Shown piece by piece: positions 59,746 through 64,000 of a DNA stretch of 64,000 nucleotides. The notes below the pieces were generated by a model, which was not told where the DNA came from, did no database searches, and was given only the letters and a program-made list of their open reading frames with translations. The stretch is from assembly GCA_041743865.1 (NCBI GenBank), contig JBGTLY010000030.1, positions 8,410-72,409 of the forward strand, given 5' to 3'. The translations under genes were made by a program, and so were the position numbers. The DNA is from Woeseiaceae bacterium. GTDB taxonomy: Bacteria > Pseudomonadota > Gammaproteobacteria > Steroidobacterales > Woeseiaceae. Position 1 is the first letter of the stretch, and every line of letters starts with the position of its first letter.

Positions 59746-59963
59746 TCGGGCCTGGGAGGTTGCCTGCGCACGACCTCGGCGACTTCGTGGGTGCCGGAGC
59801 GTTCCGCAATCTCCTGGCCGACGAGATCGCCGGTGTGCACGAGGCTCGCATACAGCCGGCGTAGCTGCACGTAGGAAAGCGCCTTTACGTCGACCACTTT
59901 CAAAGCGTGAATGACGCCCAGTGCAAGGTCGTGTACGCCGGTTTCATGATCCGACCTGTCCAT
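59742..59963 (-). CDS. hypothetical small protein (73 aa)
   Basis: ORF 59742..59996 trimmed to ATG 59963. GC3 about 75% by hand count. No recognisable family. Its stop overlaps the ccmI stop (TTAG). Confidence 0.3.
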   Translation of the reverse strand: MDRSDHETGVHDLALGVIHALKVVDVKALSYVQLRRLYASLVHTGDLVGQEIAERSGTHEVAEVVRRQPPRPD

Positions 59964-60066
59964 GCTTGCCAGTCTAGCAACCGGCCGTTGTCCCAAGTGT
60001 GAACCGCATCACGCCGCTGTGATAGCATGCTCGCGCTTCGTTGGGCATACCTTCTGAAGGGGCCGA

Positions 60067-61035
60067 ATGGCAATTCCTGATACGCTCCGGGCTGCACTTC
60101 GATTGCCGCTGATCGGTGCGCCAATGTTCATCGTTTCCGGTCCCGCTCTCGTGATCGCGCAATGCCAGGCGGGCATCGTCGGCGCCTTTCCCGCACTCAA
60201 TGCGCGGCCGCAGGAGCAGCTCGACGCCTGGATACGCGAGATCAAGTCGGCGCTCCAGTCCTACACCGACGAGCACCCGGGTGAGAAAGTGGCGCCCTTT
60301 GCTGTTAACCAGATCGTGCACGCCAGCAATACGCGCCTCGAGGCCGATCTCGATGTCTGTGTACGTCACGAGGTCCCGATCGTCATCACCAGCCTCCGGC
60401 CGCCGGCGGATGTCGTCGCGGCGGTGCACGGTTACGGCGGTCTCGTTTTCCACGATGTCATCAGCATGCGCCATGCGCGCAAGGCTATTGAACAGGGCGT
60501 TGATGGCATCATTGCCGTGACGGCCGGCGCGGGCGGTCACGCCGGCCCCCTGAGCCCGTTCGCGCTGACCAAGGAAATACGCCGCGAATTCGACGGTGTG
60601 TTGATCCTGTCGGGGGCGATGACTTCGGGCGCCGACCTCGTGGCCGCACAGGCGATGGGCGCCGACCTCGCATACCTCGGTACGCGATTCATCGCATCCG
60701 TCGAGGCGAACGCTGTTTTGGAGTACAAGCAAATGATCGTCGAGTCGAACGCGGCCGACGTGATCTATACGCCGCATTTTACCGGTGTGCATGGTAGCTA
60801 TTTGCGCGGCAGCCTCATTCGCGCCGGCATCGACCCCGATACGCTCGACGATGCCGGCCGCGGTGCCATGGATTTCGGCAGGCGCGAGGAGGGCGGCGGT
60901 GCCAAAGCCTGGAAGGATATCTGGGGCGCGGGGCAGGGCGTCGGCAACATCAGGGACATACGTCCGGCGCGTGAGATTGTGCTCGAACTCGAGCGCGAGT
61001 ACCGTCACGCCATACAGTGCCTGGGCGCGTCCTGA
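60067..61035 (+). CDS. NAD(P)H-dependent flavin oxidoreductase / nitronate monooxygenase family
   Basis: PLIGAPMFIVSGPALVIAQCQAGIVGAFP N-terminus and GAGGHAGP (FMN-binding TIM barrel), typical of 2-nitropropane dioxygenase-like enzymes. Confidence 0.88.
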   Translation: MAIPDTLRAALRLPLIGAPMFIVSGPALVIAQCQAGIVGAFPALNARPQEQLDAWIREIKSALQSYTDEHPGEKVAPFAVNQIVHASNTRLEADLDVCVRHEVPIVITSLRPPADVVAAVHGYGGLVFHDVISMRHARKAIEQGVDGIIAVTAGAGGHAGPLSPFALTKEIRREFDGVLILSGAMTSGADLVAAQAMGADLAYLGTRFIASVEANAVLEYKQMIVESNAADVIYTPHFTGVHGSYLRGSLIRAGIDPDTLDDAGRGAMDFGRREEGGGAKAWKDIWGAGQGVGNIRDIRPAREIVLELEREYRHAIQCLGAS

Positions 61036-61038
61036 ACC

Positions 61039-61464
61039 ATGCAGGGCTTCGCAATGAGCATTTTATACGTAGCGCTGGGCGGTGCGCTGGGTGCGCTGGC
61101 ACGCTATGGGCTCAACATAGGATTGCAGAGCGGCGCCGGGTACCCATGGGGTACATTGAGTGCGAACCTACTTGGCTGCCTCGCGATGGGAATCATTGCG
61201 CAGTTCATGGCGAGTTCGACGTGGCTGCACGAGTCGGGCTTGTTTCCCGAGCACTACCGGTTGCTCTTCGCTGTGGGCTTCCTGGGAAGTTTCACGACGC
61301 TGTCGTCATTCGTCCTGGAAATCGGCGCGATGTTGCAGCGAAACGAAATACTGTATTCCTTCAGCTATTTTGTCGCAACGCTCGCAGGTGGCTTTGCGTG
61401 CTTTTACGCCGGACTCCTCCTCACGCGCGTGCTGCTTTCGCTGCTGACTCGAGGATCGACATGA
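61039..61464 (+). CDS. crcB: fluoride efflux transporter CrcB
   Basis: GGALGALARY, PWGTLSANLLGC and GFLGSFTTLSSF motifs, with four TM segments. The start may be ATG 61054. Confidence 0.88.
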   Translation: MQGFAMSILYVALGGALGALARYGLNIGLQSGAGYPWGTLSANLLGCLAMGIIAQFMASSTWLHESGLFPEHYRLLFAVGFLGSFTTLSSFVLEIGAMLQRNEILYSFSYFVATLAGGFACFYAGLLLTRVLLSLLTRGST

Positions 61465-62770
61465 TCGGTTCGATCCACGCATCGTGCTCCGGCTTCATCA
61501 ACACGGAGCGCAGGCAGGTCGTTAAAGGCGCATTGGCCTGCAGCGACGGCAGGTGGAGACGCACGAACTCCGAGGGCAGCTGAATCAGGGACAGGTGCAG
61601 GTGCTGTTTCGCGGCCTGCCCGAACACGGCGCGCGCGAGCACACTGGCGCGCTCGGCATCCGGGGCGTCCGGCAGGTAAATGACGATGTCGAGTTCCGGC
61701 GACAGGAGTGGCTGGAAATGTGCGCTCTCGACAAGGCGCGCATACAGCGCCTGCGCCGCATGCAGGCTGTGTTCCAGTCCCTCGGCAAATTCGCCGCCTG
61801 GTACCAGGGGCAGGAGCTGCTGCGTTGCCCACAATGCCACGGCGGCGGCGCCCGGCCGGGAGCATTCGAGGCTGATCTCGCCGAGATGCAGCTCCGCCGA
61901 ACTGAAATACGTGTACGGTGAGTCGTGCTTGTAGAAACGACCGACACCGGCGTCACGAAACAGTATGCAGCCGCAGCCGTAGGGCTGCAGCCCGTGTTTG
62001 TGAGGATCGACGACGATGGAGTCGGCCCGGCTCAGTAGTTCGTAAGCGGAGCGGGTCTTCGTCGTGAGGGTTCGGGTCAGTCCGAAGTACCCGCCGTAGG
62101 CCGCATCCGCGTGCACGCGTACGCCGAACTCGCCGGCGAGCGGCAGGATATCCTGCAATGGATCTACGGCGCCGAGTCCGGTCGTCCCGATACTTGCGAC
62201 GATCGTGCCGACGTTGCCCTCTGCAAGCAGCTCACGGAGATGTACAGGATCCATACGTCCCGACGGGTCGACCCGGACGGTACTGAATGGCAGGCCGAGG
62301 ACGCCGCACAGCCGTGCGTGGGTGTAGTGCGCCTGGCTCGACGCAAGGATGCGCTTGCCGGGATGCAGGCAGCTCGCGATCCAGAGGGCTTCGAGGTTTG
62401 CGACCGTGCCGCCTCCGGTCAGGTGGCCCAGTGCGCCGGACCAACCGTACATGCCGGCGATCGCCGCGATACATTCCTTTTCGAGGGCCGAACTTGCACG
62501 GCCGCCATCCAGGGCGTGGTTGTTCGGGTTGATCCACAACGACAAAGCGTAAGCAAGCCGGGCAAGGGGGTGCGGGGGCTTCAGCATCTGTCCGGCGTAC
62601 AGGGGATGATGGTACGGGTAATTGTCCTGCAGGCGTCGTGCGGCCTCTTCGAGCACCGCTTTTGCCCGTACGACGTCGAAGTCCGGATCGTGCGCCGGCA
62701 GCGATTCGAAGCCGCCCGCCAGTTGGACCAGCGCGGTGCGCAGCAAGTCGAGTTCGGCAGCATGAATCAT
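61421..62770 (-). CDS. pyridoxal-dependent (group II) amino-acid decarboxylase
   Basis: HLTGGGTVANLEAL, HADAAYGG and the PLP-lysine motif VDPHKHGLQPYGCG. 449 aa. Confidence 0.85.
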   Translation of the reverse strand: MIHAAELDLLRTALVQLAGGFESLPAHDPDFDVVRAKAVLEEAARRLQDNYPYHHPLYAGQMLKPPHPLARLAYALSLWINPNNHALDGGRASSALEKECIAAIAGMYGWSGALGHLTGGGTVANLEALWIASCLHPGKRILASSQAHYTHARLCGVLGLPFSTVRVDPSGRMDPVHLRELLAEGNVGTIVASIGTTGLGAVDPLQDILPLAGEFGVRVHADAAYGGYFGLTRTLTTKTRSAYELLSRADSIVVDPHKHGLQPYGCGCILFRDAGVGRFYKHDSPYTYFSSAELHLGEISLECSRPGAAAVALWATQQLLPLVPGGEFAEGLEHSLHAAQALYARLVESAHFQPLLSPELDIVIYLPDAPDAERASVLARAVFGQAAKQHLHLSLIQLPSEFVRLHLPSLQANAPLTTCLRSVLMKPEHDAWIEPIMSILESAAKAARA

Positions 62771-62906
62771 GGCAGGTCCAGGAGTCGAGACGGCGGCAGC
62801 TTACCGCAGTGATAACATTCGGGTCTTGGTCGGGCTGCGCTCTGTTTGCCGGCGCCCGGCAGCGAGCAAAATAGACAGCAATTTAACTTACCTGAGAGAG
62901 TTCTTA

Positions 62907-64000
62907 ATGCACAGACGCGGATTCGTGCGCGGGCTGCTCGCCGGTGCGCTCTGGCCTGCGGCAGGGCTTGGAACGGCCCGAGCGCCCGGCAGTGAACCGG
63001 CATTCGCCCATGGCGTTGCAAGCGGCGACCCCATGTCGGATCGGGTGATCCTCTGGACCCGAGTGTCGGGCGCCGGCGACGCGCCGGTCGATTGTGACTG
63101 GATGCTCGGCTCCGACGCCGAGCTCAGGAACCTCGCAGCCCGGGGAAGCATCCGCACGGGACCAGACCGGGACCATACCGTGAAGGTGGATGCCAGCGGC
63201 CTGACCCCTGGAAAGGCCTGGTACTACCGTTTTGAAGTGGCGATGCCGGATGGCCGCCGGGTGCAATCGCCCGTGGGGCGAACCCGTACGCTGCCGGTCG
63301 GCCGCATCCCGGCCGCCCGCTTCGCGGTTGTCTCCTGCGCCAACTTTCCGTACGGCTACTTCCACGCGTACCGCGATATTGCGGCAGTGGACAATCTGGA
63401 TGCCGTGCTGCATCTCGGCGATTACCTCTACGAATACGGTCTCGGCGGCTACGCCACCGAGCACGCGGAGCGGCTGGGCCGCGTTCCCGTTCCGCAGCAT
63501 GAGGCCGTAAACCTGGAGGACATCCGTCTGCGTCATGCGCAGTACAAGTCCGATCCGGATCTCCAGGCGCTGCACGCCACGCACCCCGTGATTGCAATCT
63601 GGGACGATCATGAACTGGCGAACGATGCCTGGAAGGGCGGTGCACAGAATCACGGCCCGGAAGAAGGCGAATGGGCGACTCGGCGCGATGCCGCGATCCA
63701 GGCCTGGCTCGAGTGGATGCCCGTGCGTGCGGGCCACGAGCGGGAGGACACGCGCATTTTCCGCCAGTTTCGCCTGGGCGACCTCGCGACACTCGTGATG
63801 CTCGACACCCGCATCGCAGGCCGCGATCGGCAGCCGGACGGCCCGGGCGCGACGACAGAGTCCGTAACCGCGGCACTGCGGGACCCGGAGCGCCATCTGC
63901 TGGGCGAACGGCAGGAGGCGTGGCTTCGGGACGTACTCAGCGAATCGAACACGATCTGGCAGCTGATCGGGCAGCAGGTGATGCTGTCACCGACCTTGTC
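62907..64000 (+). CDS. phoD: alkaline phosphatase D (PhoD family), Tat signal; 3' end runs off the window
   Basis: Not in the track (edge-open). My translation from ATG 62907 gives MHRRGFVRGLLAGALWPAAGLGTARA (twin-arginine) ... FAHGVASGDPMSDRVILWTRV ... FAVVSCANFPYGYFHAYR ... HLGDYLYEY ... WDDHELAND. I checked about 400 nt codon by codon and found no stop. Confidence 0.88.
   Translation, partial: MHRRGFVRGLLAGALWPAAGLGTARAPGSEPAFAHGVASGDPMSDRVILWTRVSGAGDAPVDCDWMLGSDAELRNLAARGSIRTGPDRDHTVKVDASGLTPGKAWYYRFEVAMPDGRRVQSPVGRTRTLPVGRIPAARFAVVSCANFPYGYFHAYRDIAAVDNLDAVLHLGDYLYEYGLGGYATEHAERLGRVPVPQHEAVNLEDIRLRHAQYKSDPDLQALHATHPVIAIWDDHELANDAWKGGAQNHGPEEGEWATRRDAAIQAWLEWMPVRAGHEREDTRIFRQFRLGDLATLVMLDTRIAGRDRQPDGPGATTESVTAALRDPERHLLGERQEAWLRDVLSESNTIWQLIGQQVMLSPTL

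Noticed and set aside
59974-61008. 344-aa minus-strand ORF opposite the nitronate monooxygenase gene
   Set aside because: It is an antisense shadow. The plus-strand frame carries the conserved FMN-barrel motifs.
60990-61038. Fluoride riboswitch upstream of crcB
   Set aside because: Only 3 nt separate crcB from the preceding gene. The upstream coding sequence shows none of the conserved crcB-motif elements that I recall.
62862-62880. Pho box upstream of phoD (reverse complement TGCTGTCTATTTTGCTCGC)
   Set aside because: Only the first half-site (CTGTCTA) resembles the CTGTCAT consensus. The second half-site does not match, and the orientation is opposite to phoD.
62904-63896. 330-aa and 250-aa minus-strand ORFs at the right end of the window
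   Set aside because: They are antisense to the edge-open phoD frame, which has a Tat signal and PhoD motifs. The track simply omits edge-open ORFs.

Overview
GC-rich chromosomal segment (roughly 60-65% GC by eye, not computed) from a gammaproteobacterium. It is almost entirely core housekeeping genes, arranged in blocks that match E. coli gene order from memory. In order: AGCS symporter (partial) and relA; yebC-ruvCAB; ybgC-tolQRAB-pal-cpoB-tRNA-Lys; thrABC plus a NERD-domain gene; an ABC-2 exporter with tatD; a secreted beta-helix-like repeat protein and a DUF45 peptidase; acnA with a DUF2333 gene; purB-X-nudJ-mnmA; fumC-nudL-mazG; a glycine-zipper protein, a PepSY protein and a PhoPQ-like two-component system; nfeD with a stomatin-like gene; a half-size asparaginase; a lysine-catabolism pair (saccharopine/lysine dehydrogenase plus ALDH7-type dehydrogenase); class II DAHP synthase; rluE|icd; udg-uvrC-pgsA-tRNA-Gly; a 3-gene insert; tRNA-Cys-tRNA-Leu; a small accessory-looking block (secreted protein, zinc-ribbon protein, tdk, AAA-FHA fusion); the complete ccmABCDEFGHI operon; nitronate monooxygenase, crcB, a PLP decarboxylase and phoD (partial). 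Four tRNAs are present and no rRNA. I found no CRISPR array, integrase, transposase, reverse transcriptase, restriction gene or recognisable toxin-antitoxin or defence genes. I therefore cannot point to a convincing self-contained novel system. The items most worth a second look are: (1) the conserved pgsA-tRNA-Gly-Cys-Leu cluster, split by a 2.6-kb opposite-strand trio of exported or unknown proteins; (2) a possible degenerate islet downstream of tRNA-Leu that carries an ExeA-like AAA ATPase fused to an FHA domain; (3) a perfect 25-bp REP-like inverted repeat pair that embeds the stop codons of both convergent flanking genes; (4) a secreted 18-19-residue-repeat protein; (5) a 160-aa stand-alone asparaginase catalytic domain. 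Start codons were refined by eye against conserved N-termini. Many long ORFs in the supplied track are antisense or out-of-frame shadows typical of high-GC DNA and were rejected.
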